Source of the DNA: Chromera velia
Lineage: Eukaryota
Direction: 5' to 3'
Assembly (NCBI GenBank): GCA_018398765.1
Contig: JAHBMJ010000324.1
Span: 1 to 50,244, forward strand
DNA: 50,244 nt
Shown here: positions 1 through 12,122 of the stretch, piece by piece
Numbering within the stretch: the first letter of the stretch is position 1
How the letters are laid out: each line of letters opens with the position of its first letter
Notes under the pieces: generated by a model
What the model was told of the DNA's origin: nothing
Database searches by the model: none
The model's input: only the letters and a program-made list of their open reading frames with translations
Program-made: the position numbers and the translations under genes

Positions 1-157
1 CTTTCCTGCTGCTCTTTCCCCCCTCCCTTCATTCTATGTGTCTGAAAGAGCCTGCAAGCAAACAGCCCTCTCGGCATCATACAAGGAACACTCGGTCAGA
101 ACGTGCACTTCGTCTTCAACCACCTGGATGCCAAGAAGATCAGAGCAAACAGTTGTG

Positions 158-447
158 CTAGGCCTAGTGCTAGGCGTGGACTTTAGTTAGTTTAGTTCTT
201 TACTTAGTTCATATTTCTACAGAAAACTAAACTACTAGTAACTAACTAAACTGTGAACTAAACTAGTTATACGTGGTCTCTAGCGTGGTCTTTAGTTTAC
301 TTAGTTTAGTTTGATGTGTAAAACTGTAAAAGGTTTGAATTAAGATCAAACTAAGTCAAAAGTTGACTTAAAACTGTATAGTTAGTTTAGTTAGTTAGTT
401 CTCCATGGGGTTATAAACTAAACTAACTAACTAAAGTCCACTCCTAG
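158..447. mobile_element. MITE with CTAGG terminal inverted repeats and 8-bp TSD (hAT-like)
   Basis: TIR CTAGG(C/A)GTGGACTTTAGTTAG at 170-190 and inverted at 427-447. CAGTTGTG is duplicated at 150-157 and 448-455. An extra 12 bp (ctaggcctagtg) sits at the left end. Interior is rich in TTAG/AACT repeats. Confidence 0.7.
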
Positions 448-1186
448 CAGTTGTGTAACTTTAAAATAACAGTTATGCAACCTAGTATAGAACACTTGAA
501 CAACAGTTGTGTTTTTTAGTGTTTGTTACTCACATCGTCGAAAAAAAAAAAGAAAAAAAAATTATAAGCAAGAATTGGCTTTAATTTTTTTTGCTATAGT
601 TTTTTTTTAATGTGATACACCTATCATATACATGTTAGACTTAAAATCTATAGCTTAAATTTGACTTTGAAATTGATTAATGAATGACCAGATCTGGGAC
701 CAGATGAATGATTATTTGTTTATAAAACTATAGTTATTAGTTACAAAACTAATTTAACTAAAAGAAAAATAGGGTGTTCGAAAAGCTATTATACCTTATA
801 AAACTAGTTATAAAACTGAGCATCACAGTACTAGTCACAGTGAGTGAATTTTCAGAGAAATTTAAGTGAATTTACATAAATTTAACACAGTGAATTTAGA
901 TGAATTTCAGTGTATGTATAAATGAATTTTTACTAGGAATTTCCACTGGCTATGTGTAGTAAAGTTCACTCGGAATCTGATACACCATCCACATAAGGGT
1001 TACGATGGGGGTCTGTCAGGAAGTTATGGATTACTTCTTTTTTCGTTACGGTTTTTCCGTAACTTAGCGCCTTTGGCGCTAATTTTTGATTACAAAAAAA
1101 CCGTAATTCGGGCGTTATGGAGCCAACATAGGGCCTCGGCATAGAAATCTCGCGCGGTTCTTCATGCATACATTCTTCATGCATGC

Positions 1187-1435
1187 CTAGGCAACGCAGA
1201 GTGGTTAAAAAAAAAAAAAAGAATAGACATATCAACATTTTTTTTTTTCTTTTTTTTTTTTAGTCTGGTGGTCAAGAGTCTAAACTAGGGTCCACACAAA
1301 CTTAGCAAAGGTAGGTTTTATAGTTAGATGTGTTTTTGTTATATGCACTTCCAATAATAATAATTAAAAAAAAAAAGATTAGGCTTCTCAAGATTTTTTT
1401 TCTTTCTTTTTTTTTAATCACTCTGCGTCGCCTAG
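1187..1435. mobile_element. Nested MITE with CTAGG TIRs and 8-bp TSD
   Basis: TIR CTAGGC(A/G)ACGCAGAGTG(G/A)TTAAAAAAA at both ends. ATGCATGC is duplicated at 1179-1186 and 1436-1443. Confidence 0.8.
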
Positions 1436-1692
1436 ATGCATGCAGTGCATCTTATAATTGCATGCATATATACAACTCAATCATTCTTACAATCATATGC
1501 ATGAAATTCAATGTATCATGATGCATGCTTGTCTAAGCGAATGGTTGCATTGACTCCAAGACCGGTAAGCCAAAAGAGCCAATTAACCATTGCCAACCGA
1601 TGAGGTACAATCTTGTTAAGCTGCTGTACGATGTAACACTGTTTCTCTTTCATACCCAGTTTCTCTTCTTTAATATTTCTAAACAATGTTTG

Positions 1693-1696
<4 letters not shown>

Positions 1697-1735
<39 letters not shown>

Positions 1736-1829
1736 TGTGTGTATGTGTGTGTGTATGTGTGTGTATGTATGTGTGTGTGTGTGTATGTGTGTGTGTGTGT
1801 GTGTATGTGTATGTATATGTATATATATG

Positions 1830-1864
<35 letters not shown>

Positions 1865-1914
1865 ATATGTGTGTATGTGTATGTGTGTGTATGCGTGTGT
1901 GTGTATGCGTGTGT

Positions 1915-1950
<36 letters not shown>

Positions 1951-2005
1951 ATATGTGGTTATGTATGTGTGTGTGTATGTATGTATATGTGTGTGTATGT
2001 ATATA

Positions 2006-2040
<35 letters not shown>

Positions 2041-2048
2041 GTGTGTAT

Positions 2049-2089
<41 letters not shown>

Positions 2090-2103
2090 TATGTGTATAT
2101 GTA
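1697..2103. repeat. (TG)n/(TGTA) degenerate microsatellite, about 400 bp
   Basis: Direct reading. It explains the spurious CVCV ORFs. Confidence 0.95.
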
Positions 2104-2680
2104 TAATAGTGTGTGTTTATGTGTGTTGCGAACTGCATCCTCTCTTTGCGAACTGCAGAATACTGCAAAGAGCGAGCTGTTTCTGCAGGGCTAGTAGCTA
2201 GATCATGCAGGGGGGGCATCTTCGAGTTTGTTTTTCTCAAATTAGCCCTCTGCCGTCAAGGTAAAAACAAAGGGCAAAGGAAGGCTAAAAGGTAAGGCAA
2301 AAGCCAAAGCCAGCAGTTAACAAGACCACAAGGAAAGGAAGGGAATAGAAAGGGCTTGCAAAGTCGATCTTTCATATTGTTTTGTCAAACTTTTGAATAT
2401 AAAGGTAGCTATAGATGTCCAAAAGCAAGTCTTAAAGGGCCCGGATTGAATTTAGTAATCAATTCAGTCTTCCTCCTGGTATTTGATATCTGTGATCGAC
2501 TGCATAATCGTATATCAGGCTATTATCAGTGGGCTCCGTTACTGTTTTTCCGTAATTCACCATTTTAAAGCTAAGCCTTCAGTTACCAAAAAACCATAAC
2601 TTGGTGGCCTGACAGCCGCCTCATTATTATTCCAGAGCCGTTACTCTTATGTGGACAGTGTAGAATCTGATTCACTCTTA

Positions 2681-3102
2681 CCTTACAAAACCAAGTTAAA
2701 TTTTCTAGGAATTTAATGGAATTTACCTTTGGAATTTAGTGAAATTTGGTAGATTTTAGTGGACCGTGGAATCTACTCATCTAAATTCCACAAACTTTGA
2801 AGCTTTGGCTTATTTCTCGCAATCCATAAAGAGTTAGAAGCTCAAATTAGCAGTGCCTAAAAGCCTTTTAAGATGTATAGGCACTGTGACTTCTAATTTA
2901 AGCTCCTAACTCTTTATAGATCACAAAAAATAAGTCTTCAAAGTTATAATTTGTGGAATTTAGTGGAATTTAGACGAGTAGATTCCATGGTAAATTTCAC
3001 TAAAATCCACTAAATTCCACTAAATTCTAAGGGTAAATTCCATTAAATTCTATACAGTGGCATACACTAAATTCCTGAAGAATTTAACCCGGTTTTGTAG
3101 GG
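2681..3102. mobile_element. Palindromic MITE with CC(C/T)TACAAAACC ends and TA flanks
   Basis: Long imperfect TIRs (CCTTACAAAACCAAGTTAAATTTTCTAGGAATTTA versus inverted CCCTACAAAACCGGGTTAAATTCTTCAGGAATTTA). TA on both sides, GGAATTTA subterminal repeats, and a central palindrome at about 2810-2935. Confidence 0.75.
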
Positions 3103-4369
3103 TAGGTTCATTGAAAAATTGAGAATCTAACTGAGAACTTAAAATTTAAAAGTTAAAATTCACTTTGAAATTAGATTTTTCAATTTATTTTAAAATAAAT
3201 TTACATTTTTTTAAAATTTAAATTAATACTAATTTTAATCTAGGGGTAATTTTCAAAAAAAAAAAAAAATGGTCATTTTCACTTTTTTGTTTTTTATTTT
3301 TTTTCTGATGTCAAACTAAAAAATTTGTTGTTTAAATGTTGTTGATATGTTACACAAATCAGTAAATGTTGTTTAAGTGTTGTTATACTGCTAGTTATAC
3401 TGTTGTTTCTTTATTATAATGATAAATGAATGTTGCTACACTGTTATACAACTGTTGCTTTCCTGTTGTAAGGTGTTGTATATGGTTATCATATCTTGAT
3501 GGAGGACATCATTGAAAAACAAAACAAAAAAAAAATTGCCCTGAAGACCGTTTAAAAAAAAATAAAAAATACGTAAGTCAACCAGAAGAGACAAGCGCTG
3601 GTCGAAATTGCAATGGCTCAAAACGCTAAGCCTTCAAGGAGAAAGAGATGATAGAAACAAAAACGGTTACGTTCTTCCGGGCGCCTTCCCCTCTTCGCGT
3701 CCTTCCAGTGACCTATCAGCCACAGCTTGCCCATGGTATCCATGTCGTCTAAGGCCCTTCCACCAGGCTTCTGACAAGGCCAGAGGCTTTGGAAGCAACG
3801 CCACAGCAGATGCCCAGTCGCGAGTGCCTTCTACTAGACTGTCCTACCAAGTAAACCACCTTCACGTCTCTCCTCCCCCCGACTGCAATGTCACCTCCTT
3901 TCCTGTGTACAGCGAGGTCTTGCACAACACACCTAGTTCAGATCAACCTGCAAGTGCAGAATAAAACAGTCACCTTGTTGTAACAGTTCTAACTGCAAGG
4001 AGCCATCCGGTCCCCATATCTCCAGATGAAGACTCCGTCTTTCTGTTTGTGAACGAGACTATCCCCGTCTCTATACCCACAGACCGCGACTCGATTATTC
4101 TATGTGCAGCCGTCCCAAGTTTCACGTCTTCTAGCGCGTCTTCTTTAACTGTCACAGCGGAACTGACCTTTGCATGTTGTAACACCTCTGCAGCGCCGGC
4201 TACCCTGTAATGCTGGCAATACGAAGACAGCAGTGTACGAAAGAGGTGCACCTAGTGCAAAGTTGCAACTTATTGCAGCGTTGCATGTCAGAAGGTTCAT
4301 TGGAAGACTCATAAAGCGAAATGTGACAAAGAGTGGGCGGGACAAGCTATAAGGGGCACAAGGAAGAAA

Positions 4370-4696
4370 ATGGATAGTACAGATTCCTCTGAAGCGCTGG
4401 ACTTCTTGAAAAGAGTTGAGATAGCAACTGAAGCAAGAAAGCAGGAGCTTATTAACGAACAAGTGGTGAATTTTATGGTTGGCTGTCTCTGTATCAACGG
4501 GCCTATCAAGACAATTGGCCAAAACAGTGATCGAACGGATGCACAGAGGGATGTTTGACTTACTCATCTAATCAAAGGGGCACTAGACACACTCACAGCG
4601 CTCTTCAACCAGATGGTGGAGAATGCATTGGATAAAGACCCCAAAGAAAGTCTCCGAGATGATTTGCTTCGTCTGCTCTGCTACATTGCCGAATAA
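4370..4696 (+). pseudogene. Decayed coding fragment of unknown protein (possibly TE-derived)
   Basis: A protein-like frame (MDSTDSSEALDFLKRVE...) continues past a TGA at 4556-4558 for another 45 sense codons (LTHLIKGALDTLTALFNQMVEN...YIAE*). Confidence 0.4.
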
Positions 4697-4887
4697 GACC
4701 TCATGCCAGAAAGGGTAAAAGTATAAGTAACGCGCTTTTACTGGAGGTATGCAGTGTGAAGGAAGGGTGTGGTTGCGTGTGGTTGAAGCTAGGGTTGAAG
4801 CGGGTCAAAGTTTTTATGTTACAGTTACTCTGCTTGCTTCTCAGGCGGTTTGTTTATTAATCGATGGTAAATTTCTTTCTCTTCTCA

Positions 4888-5570
4888 TTCAGTCTTAATC
4901 TTTCTTTCTTTTCTCTTTTCTTAGACTCAAAGTGTGAAACCTGTCTTTCTTGTCACTCCCTCTATCACTTCACCTCTCTTAGTCAGACAGAACGATCATA
5001 AAAAGCAACCTATAAGAAGAGAAAGGGTTTTCTATTCCCCTCTGTGTGTCTCGGGAAAGAACGTTTTTGGAGACTATGAAAAGTATGAAAGAAAAGAGAA
5101 GTGAACTCTCGATTTCCCTTTCCCTTTTCTTCTCTATTTGAAAGTTTCTTTTCTGCAACTCCTTCTGTCACCTCACCCTTTTTGAGTCGGACAGAATAAC
5201 AACAAGCAACCTATAAGAAGAGAGAGGGTTTTCTATTCTCTTCTGTGCGTCTCGGGAAAAGAACGTTCTTTGTTACTCAGAAAAGTATGAAAAAAAACAG
5301 AAGAGTACTTCTCTCTTTTTCTCACTTACCAATCTCAATTCTTCGTTCTTTTTATTTCTCACTGAGTCTGGTTGAAGTTTTTTTTCTTGTCACTGTCCTT
5401 GTCACTTCATCTTTCTGAGTTAGACAGAACGATAAGAAGCAACCCATAAGAAGAGAGAGGGCTTTACCGTTCCCCTTTACGCGTCTCGGGAAAAGAAACG
5501 TTCTTGGTTACTCTGAAAAGTATGAAATGAACGTGTTCTCTCTCTCACCTGGTCTTAATCTCTTCTTTTT
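4888..5570. repeat. Three diverged tandem copies of a 200-235 bp unit
   Basis: The core GACAGAA..AAGCAACCTATAAGAAGAGA.AGGG..TCTCGGGAAA..GAACGTT..GAAAAGTATGAAA recurs at about 5003, 5205 and 5438. Confidence 0.8.
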
Positions 5571-5736
5571 ATTCTTTCTCTCCCTTTCTCTCTTGTGTTT
5601 CAGTACTAAAAGTTATTTCGCTTTTGGAAGTCTTTTGCCCCTCTGTCAGATGACCTCAGCTTGGAACCAGAAAGTCATTTAAATAAAGGAAAAATCATGC
5701 TGCATATGCTTTTTCTTTAATTATAAACCGTTTGCG

Positions 5737-5871
5737 GCACAGGCTAGACCTGTGCGGGCCGGCCAAGGAGGTTTGATGCGTCTAGGCGCTTTCCTTGGAA
5801 GCTGCACGTCGGACATTCGGCATTGGGGCGGGAGGCCAATCCTCCAGACATAAATTCTAATCCTAATCCTA
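5737..5871 (+). mobile_element. Dispersed short repeat with terminal hairpin and (AATCCT)n-like tail (retroposon-like end), copy A
   Basis: Matches the reverse complement of 23739-23867 along its length and partly matches 18274-18369. Starts with the hairpin GCACAGG-CTAGA-CCTGTGC and ends AATTCTAATCCTAATCCTA. Confidence 0.6.
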
Positions 5872-6739
5872 CCCCTAGATTTTAATATAGAAGTCAAACG
5901 ATAAAAGATTGGTCAGACTGGAGAATCTGTGAAGATTAGTTGTATGCTTTAATCGTTTAAAGTAAACTGTGGTAAGTGACCTATACAGACATTGTATCCA
6001 AGCCTAGATCCAAGCTATACCATCCAAGTTGATCCAACAAAGCCATGCACGCTCGCAGCAGCCTCACACTTTTGCCTGTCCACTTTGAAGCCTGGGTAAA
6101 AATGGGATGAAGGGAGCCGACCGCGGTCTCACTGAACCCCCCCTCAACGACAAACATGCATTAAATGGCTGCCCGCATGCATGCATGCCAGAAGCGGTTT
6201 CAGTTTCTTTCTGCTCCGGAAAGGGAATGACAGGGAAAGAGAGGACGAGGGTTCCCTTGCCCTGCTCGTGAAGGAAAGAACTACACGGGGACAAAGTCAA
6301 GCGATCGCATGCCGTTGTACCCGTGTACGCACACAGACACGTGCAGAATCTGCCTCGAGCTTCAACCGCACGGTCTGGGTGCATGGGTGGAGATCTAATT
6401 CGGAGGAGTGCTGTCGAGAAGGCGAAAGAAGAAAGTGTGTGGCGTATGGAGCGTGTGGCGTATGGAGCAGAAATCACTTCAGCCTGAGACAGTGCAGCAA
6501 CAGAATTCGCGCCCAACAGAGCATTCGAGGAAGGAAGGAAGGAAGTACAGAGTGAGAGAAGGTGAAGAGCAGAGGCAGCTTTCTCTTGTCTGCAGCACTG
6601 CCTTGGCAGTCGCCAGAAAACGAAAAAAAGGGAAGGCAAGCGGACAGACAGTCGTGAGGTCACGCAGAGGCCCCCGATAAAGACAAAAGCATTTCCCCCT
6701 CCCCTACCCATCCGACCCCCCCTCCCCCCGGCTTTCACT

Positions 6740-7435
6740 TTACTTCGTCGGGAAGAGCATGCTTCGCACTTGCGGTTTGCATTCCTCTGCCACCTGGGCG
6801 AGGCGTGCGTCAAGGGTGTTGTCGAGGGAGATCTTCCCCTGGTGACAGAGAAGGATCAGACCACCTGCACACGTACGGCCCGCATCGTTGCCCGTTGGTG
6901 CTGGGGGGAGATACGTGGTGTCAATCGAAAGGGAGACGGCTTTCTTCACTCCTGCTAGCTGCTGCACCTTCTCTGAATACTGCTTTGCTGCAGGGTCAAG
7001 CACACTCTGGACAACTCCCTTGTCACACTCCCTACAACGGACCACCACTTGGTCCTCGAGAAGCTTCAAAAGTCCCTGCACAAGGAGAGACTGCATCAGA
7101 CTCTTGTACCGTCCCGAGTCACTGGTGACCTTCGCCAACTCCCCTGACGCTTGCTTGACCACCTGCTCTACGACTCGGTTTCTTGCCTCAATCTTTCTCA
7201 GACGAGCGCGGTTGACGGCTGTGGATCGTTGAATCGACCTCTGCACCTCCACCTGCTTCGCCTTTTTTTGAAATTCGTTGCGGATTTTTTCCTTCATCTG
7301 CTGCACCAACTTCAACTTTTCAATATTGAAATCTTCCAGCGCTTTTGCCTCAATTTCCTGTGCTTTGTCCTTTGCCTCATTCAGGATGAAGTTAACCATT
7401 TGGGCAATCTGCCGCTGCGCTTCCCCCTCATCCAT
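6740..7435 (-). CDS. VMA4: V-type proton ATPase subunit E (intronless, 231 aa)
   Basis: The N-terminus QRQIAQMVNFILNEAKDKAQEIEAKALEDFNIEKLKLV and the C-terminal CAGG..L....GKI..DNTLDARL are hallmark vATPase E (ATP6V1E) motifs. Confidence 0.97.
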   Translation of the reverse strand: MDEGEAQRQIAQMVNFILNEAKDKAQEIEAKALEDFNIEKLKLVQQMKEKIRNEFQKKAKQVEVQRSIQRSTAVNRARLRKIEARNRVVEQVVKQASGELAKVTSDSGRYKSLMQSLLVQGLLKLLEDQVVVRCRECDKGVVQSVLDPAAKQYSEKVQQLAGVKKAVSLSIDTTYLPPAPTGNDAGRTCAGGLILLCHQGKISLDNTLDARLAQVAEECKPQVRSMLFPTK

Positions 7436-8225
7436 TTTTTTGCTGACGGGAGTCTAAACAGCGGGACCTCCACACAAAAGAACACACCGAAGCGGACCTC
7501 CACACAAACACGCAAAGAAGAAAACACGGTTTGCCTGTTACGTCCTCCCACCTCTCTCAGATGGTGTGAAGGAAAAAATACTAATTCCAGTGCAGCCTCG
7601 ACCAGATGGAAGCAAGGGCGTGATAGGGCGTGCGACCGAGTGGCGAGGAGAAGATTGGAGCCTGGTGAAGCCATTATTAGTTGGAGACAACACACACACA
7701 CAAACAAAATCGGCCAAACGTGACATTCGGGGCCGGCGTTAGTAGGGACCCCGGAAAACCCTCCAAGGTGGCAAATTGACCTTTAATTGTTCGAAAGCCA
7801 ATGGCCTCCCGACGCGTGGCCTCGAAAAGCGAAGATAGAGGGAAAAGTATGGGAAAAGTGCCCCACATTTCACACTTTTCGCGCCTCCATGCATGCATGA
7901 TGCGCTTCGGCCATCTTCGGCCATTTCAACTCAGAGGAGGAAATCAGTACTCTTGGAAGTTACAGGCTTAGAATACGCCCCCTTCATCAGTGCCGCTTTT
8001 CGGAGCGCAGTCTCGGAACCGTTGACAACCCTGTTTACCAGTGGAGGGGTGCTGCGCTGTTGATTGCCCAAGCTGAGCATTGAAGTCGCACTGTTGTACA
8101 GTCTGAGCTCTCTGTTTTGTTATCTGCTTCCCGTCCCAGGGCATTCCCTGTGTCTGCCTGAGGGCCCGTTGGTCCTTCGGGGCGCCTGATCTCCCTTTCC
8201 ATCTTTGTATCTGGCAGCTGGTAAG
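7436..8225. promoter_or_regulatory. Short divergent intergenic region/UTRs with TGCATGCA motif
   Basis: Head-to-head genes with start codons 790 bp apart. CATGCATGCATG at 7888-7899. Confidence 0.4.
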
Positions 8226-10612
8226 ATGAATTTCAGTTGGCAGGGCGAGGACTTCGACACTGTGGCTCGGAAGAGCAGAGCCCAGTGTGAAGAAGTGCTA
8301 GATCATTTGATCAGTGTTGCAGCTGGTCGAAAGGCTGAGATCATGAGGGTCGCCGAGGAATTCTGTGACATTCTGGAGAACATCAACATCCATGCGTTTC
8401 CACATGGGAGCTGGGTGCAGGACTGTGCGCTCCCTGACAGTTTGGTGGACATTTGCGTCCCCAACGATCCCTTCCTCACGAAGACCCGAGAGGCACTCAT
8501 GAAAAAGGGTGGGCCGTTCGCAGGCGTCTTCACGTTGGTTCACAACATCAAAAATTGGAGGGTCATTCTGCAGCGCAAAGGGTCTACAGTGCAGCTGGAT
8601 GTGACCTGCAGACTCCTCCACCCAGATGAGCCCCAGAAGAAGACAGAGCACGTTCGAAGGTCCATTGAATGGGCCAGAGACCCAAAGCAGATGAAGCAAA
8701 GCATCATGTTGCTTCGGCTGTGGGTCCGAAAGCACCGAGAAGTGTTTCCGCCCAAATTTGGTTACCCAAACGCGTACACATTCCTATACCTTTTCTTCTT
8801 TTACTGTATGCACCGATCGAACGCCCCCACCATTCCTCTCATCCAGTGCTTAAAGGTCGCATCCCTGGATGAAGACACGCCCCCTACCCTGCGGATGACC
8901 CCCGAAGTGAATCCATACCCTTTGTTCGACCCCCAGGACATGAAACGGCCGGACAGGGATCCGAACTGCCCCGTTCCCATTCCTCCCCAGCAGCTCGTCG
9001 AAGAGTTCCTGCGCTTCCTCAGCAACGACTTGGGGGGGCTGGACGTCAACTTCAATTACACGGAGAGACAGACAAAGCCTCTGCCCCTCAAGCAGTTTCC
9101 TATGAAGGACAAGGTCAGTCAGTCAGTAGGGAATTGGGGAATCCTTCTTTCGGGGTGTCCTTCTGCATCTGCATGGCCTTACTTGCAACAGGAAAACAGA
9201 AAGAGGCAGGCACACTTTCAAGGACAAACGCAAAAAAGGTTTGCATGTATACACGAAGAATGGAGAAAGACAGGAGGACAAGCAAGGTAAAGAGTCGCTT
9301 GACAACTCCTATGGGGCTTTTAACGTTTCCTTTTCGAGTTCTTTGTGCGTCTTTCCTGCGTCAAGCTTCAATTGATCCTTTCTGCTGTGAAGGTTGCTTG
9401 CATGCAGTGCTGATTTTTTTTTCCCCTTCCTCCCTGCTTCCCTCCTTGGCGTTGTGCTCCATCCTCAGACGATTCGCTGGAACGTCAGGGACCCCTTCAC
9501 TGAGACCATCAGATTCGCCCCTCCTCCTCCCAGAGAGCACGACAACAAACCAAATGACAACAAGAAGAAAAAGGACGACAAAAAGAAAAAGGATGAGTCA
9601 AAATCGAAAGACAACAAGAAGGACGGAAAGGGCGGGGACGAAAAGGAAAGGAGGGATTGTTGGCCGCCGATGCGAGTGACCATGTTGGGAAGAATCCGAC
9701 AGGACTTGATGGAAGTCTTCGGAATTCAACACATGGACCTCCCGAAAAATCTCCTCATCCGCCCTCAACCAGGCCAATGGTATCCCGGCCGAAATACCAT
9801 GCCGCCTGGCCCCGGTGGGAGGAATGGCCCTTCACCCCGCCCGCTCCTCCCCAACCCCCCAGTGCAGCAGCAGCAGCAGCAGCAGGGAATTCTCCCGTTA
9901 CAGGAATTTCCTTCTCTCCCAGGTCCCTCGGCACGTCATCGTCCTTCCCCTGGAGTGGCCTTTCGAGCGGCCTCCTCCAGATTTCTCTCCCAGTCCGAGT
10001 TGTCGTGGCTTCATCAACCCACCACCACAGCCGATTGTAACAGCAGTATTTCTTCATCCCACGGGGTGATTGCCATCCCGGAAGACAAGAGCGTTGCAGC
10101 AACACTCGGGGCAAGTGGGACATCCATCGGAAGTGGGGGGGGGGCATCGCCTGAATGCCCTTCCGCTGCTGCCGCTCCTGGCGGACGTTTGGGAGGCGAT
10201 GCGGATCTTCATGTGGCTGCAGCTGCTGCCGCCCTGGATCGTCGTCGTCCCCCGGGGGTAGATTGGAATGGGAATGGTCCCTCGAGGTCTCTTCTCAGGG
10301 GGGGGCGGCCTGGGCCTGGGTGGGTCGGTCCCCCCGGCAGAGGTTCAGAGGGTGACACCAGGGAGAGGGGGGGGCACAAGAGGGAGAGAGGGGGAGCAAA
10401 GGTGAACGAAAACGGTCGGGGTGGTGCAGCAGCAGCAGCCGCCGCCGCTGCAGGAGGAGGAGGAGGGGACAGGCGGGGTCCGATCCTTGTGAAGCCGGGA
10501 GGGAGATTGGAGGACTCTTTCCGCTCTCCGCGTGGGGGAGGAAATTTGGTCGGTGAAACCTTCCCTCCTCCTTTCCTCCCTTCCGCCCTCGCTCCGCCTC
10601 TCTGTTGCACAG

Positions 10613-10646
<34 letters not shown>

Positions 10647-12122
10647 TGTGCGCGCGCGCGCGCGCGTGCGTGCCGTTGGTCGCGCGCGTATCTGTCCCTT
10701 GTTTTTTGTTGTTTCGTCCACGAACAACAATTGAGAAAAAGATGCCCTGTAGAGTTGGGAAGCCGACTTCTGCAATCAAGATGACGTCCAATTGTCCCCA
10801 TTCTATTTCGAAGACGTTTCCTTCTCGTTTCTGAAAGATGATCACCTCACCTGTGCTTAACATTCATTTGTGATCGAGCAGATGAGTGATTAGACATCGA
10901 AGACATATGCCCGCCCCCTTATACTCAAGTGCATTCATTCATTCATTCATTCACTGTGCTTTCTGTTTCTTTGGGAAGGGTGCTCAGGTGTGTGGGAACT
11001 TTTTTCCCTCTCCCGTTTTTGTTTTTTCTTTTTCCGTGCTCAAGGAAGGACTAACATGTGCTTCTCATCCCGTCTACTATCTCGTCTCACCTTCCTATCG
11101 ACCAGACAACACTACACCNNNNNNNNNNNNNNNNNNNNNNNNNNNNNNNNNNNNNNCCCCCCCCCTGGTTTTATTGATTCTCCTTCTTCTCTCAAGGATC
11201 GATCCTGACTCGACTGGTTGGTTGTTGCCTTTTCAGATCAGAACACGGAGGAGAGGAGAGAGAGGTAACACAACGGCGCATTGACTCTTTCTTCCTTCAC
11301 TGCACCCGCTTTTCTCTCCCTTTCTTGTCTTGTTCTACTTACGAATGCCATACCGTGCCGCCACCGACTGATGTGATTGAATGACTAGTCGTGAGAGAAA
11401 TGCATGAACGAACGAACGAATGAATGATTTTGCATGAAATGCAGACGCCGGTTGACGTGGTGGAGGAGAGATTCGGCCCCCTGCCCTTCCGAGGAGGCCC
11501 CCCTCCCCTCCTCATGGGCCCACCAACCCTCCGCCCCCCCTTCCCACCCCCCTCTATTAACAGGCTCGGGTTAATCCGTCCGATTCCAGTTCCCGTCCCC
11601 GTCCCCGTCCCAGCAGGAAGAGCCCCCCTCGCAGGCTTGCCTTCCGTTCTCCGCCCTCCCCCCGTGCCTCTCCCTCTCGCAACTGCTGTGTCTGCGTCGA
11701 TGGTCGGAGCTCAGGCACAGACGCCCGAGTTCGGTGAATTCACACGAAATGACTTTCTCCAGGAGGAGCGGCAGCGGAGAAGGAGAGAGGGTGGGGGCGC
11801 GCGTAGAGATCGGATGATCGTCCCAGGCCCACGGGTTCGCGCCCCAGCTCCAGCTCCGTTGCGTATGGGGGGGGGTACCGATGAGGAGCTGGATTTGTTC
11901 ATCGGGATCGATGGCGAGGACGACGAGGGGGTTGAGATGGAGACAACCAACAAACGTGCCAGAACGGGGGGGGATCAGCAGGGTGATTCAGATATGAACG
12001 GGGGGGGGGGGGCAGCTTCCAGCAGCAGCAGCAGCAGCTCCTCCTCCTCTTCATCTGCCGCTGCTGCAGCCTCCTCTCAGCTGGGCCCCTATGTCACAGG
12101 CGATACCCCCATGCTGCCTTGA
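8226..12122 (+). CDS. Cid1/TUTase-like (non-canonical poly(A)/poly(U) polymerase family) protein with long low-complexity C-terminus; spliced
   Basis: Exon 8226-9113 has HGS....SLVDICV, VQLDVT and LLRLWVRK...FGYPNAYT, matching the Cid1-family NTase fold. A phase-0 intron (GTCAGT..CAG, 9114-9468) joins it to TIRWNVRDPF, a PAP-associated motif. Exon 2 runs to about 10548 and the last exon is 11445-12122. The middle structure is uncertain because of the N gap. Confidence 0.75.
11119..11156. other. Assembly gap (38 N)
   Basis: Run of N in the sequence. Confidence 1.

Larger units (their letters stand above)
981..2662. mobile_element. Non-autonomous TIR DNA transposon (1.68 kb) with 8-bp TSD
   Basis: Left end TACACCATCCACATAAGGGTTACG matches the reverse complement of the right end, TACACTGTCCACATAAGAGTAACG. 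GAATCTGA flanks both ends (973-980, 2663-2670). No transposase ORF. Confidence 0.75.

Noticed and set aside
1600..2240. ORFs of CVCV/HTHT type (also 19293-20418, 37853-38519, 43068-43840)
   Set aside because: These are translations of microsatellites, apart from the real PP2C exon at about 43202-43470.
4556..4558. TGA readthrough or alternative genetic code
   Set aside because: Other gene models here end in TGA (for example 12120-12122). A nonsense mutation in a decayed sequence is the simpler explanation.
6064..6813. 249-aa minus-strand ORF overlapping the end of V-ATPase E
   Set aside because: No recognisable motifs, and it lies in the expected 3' UTR.
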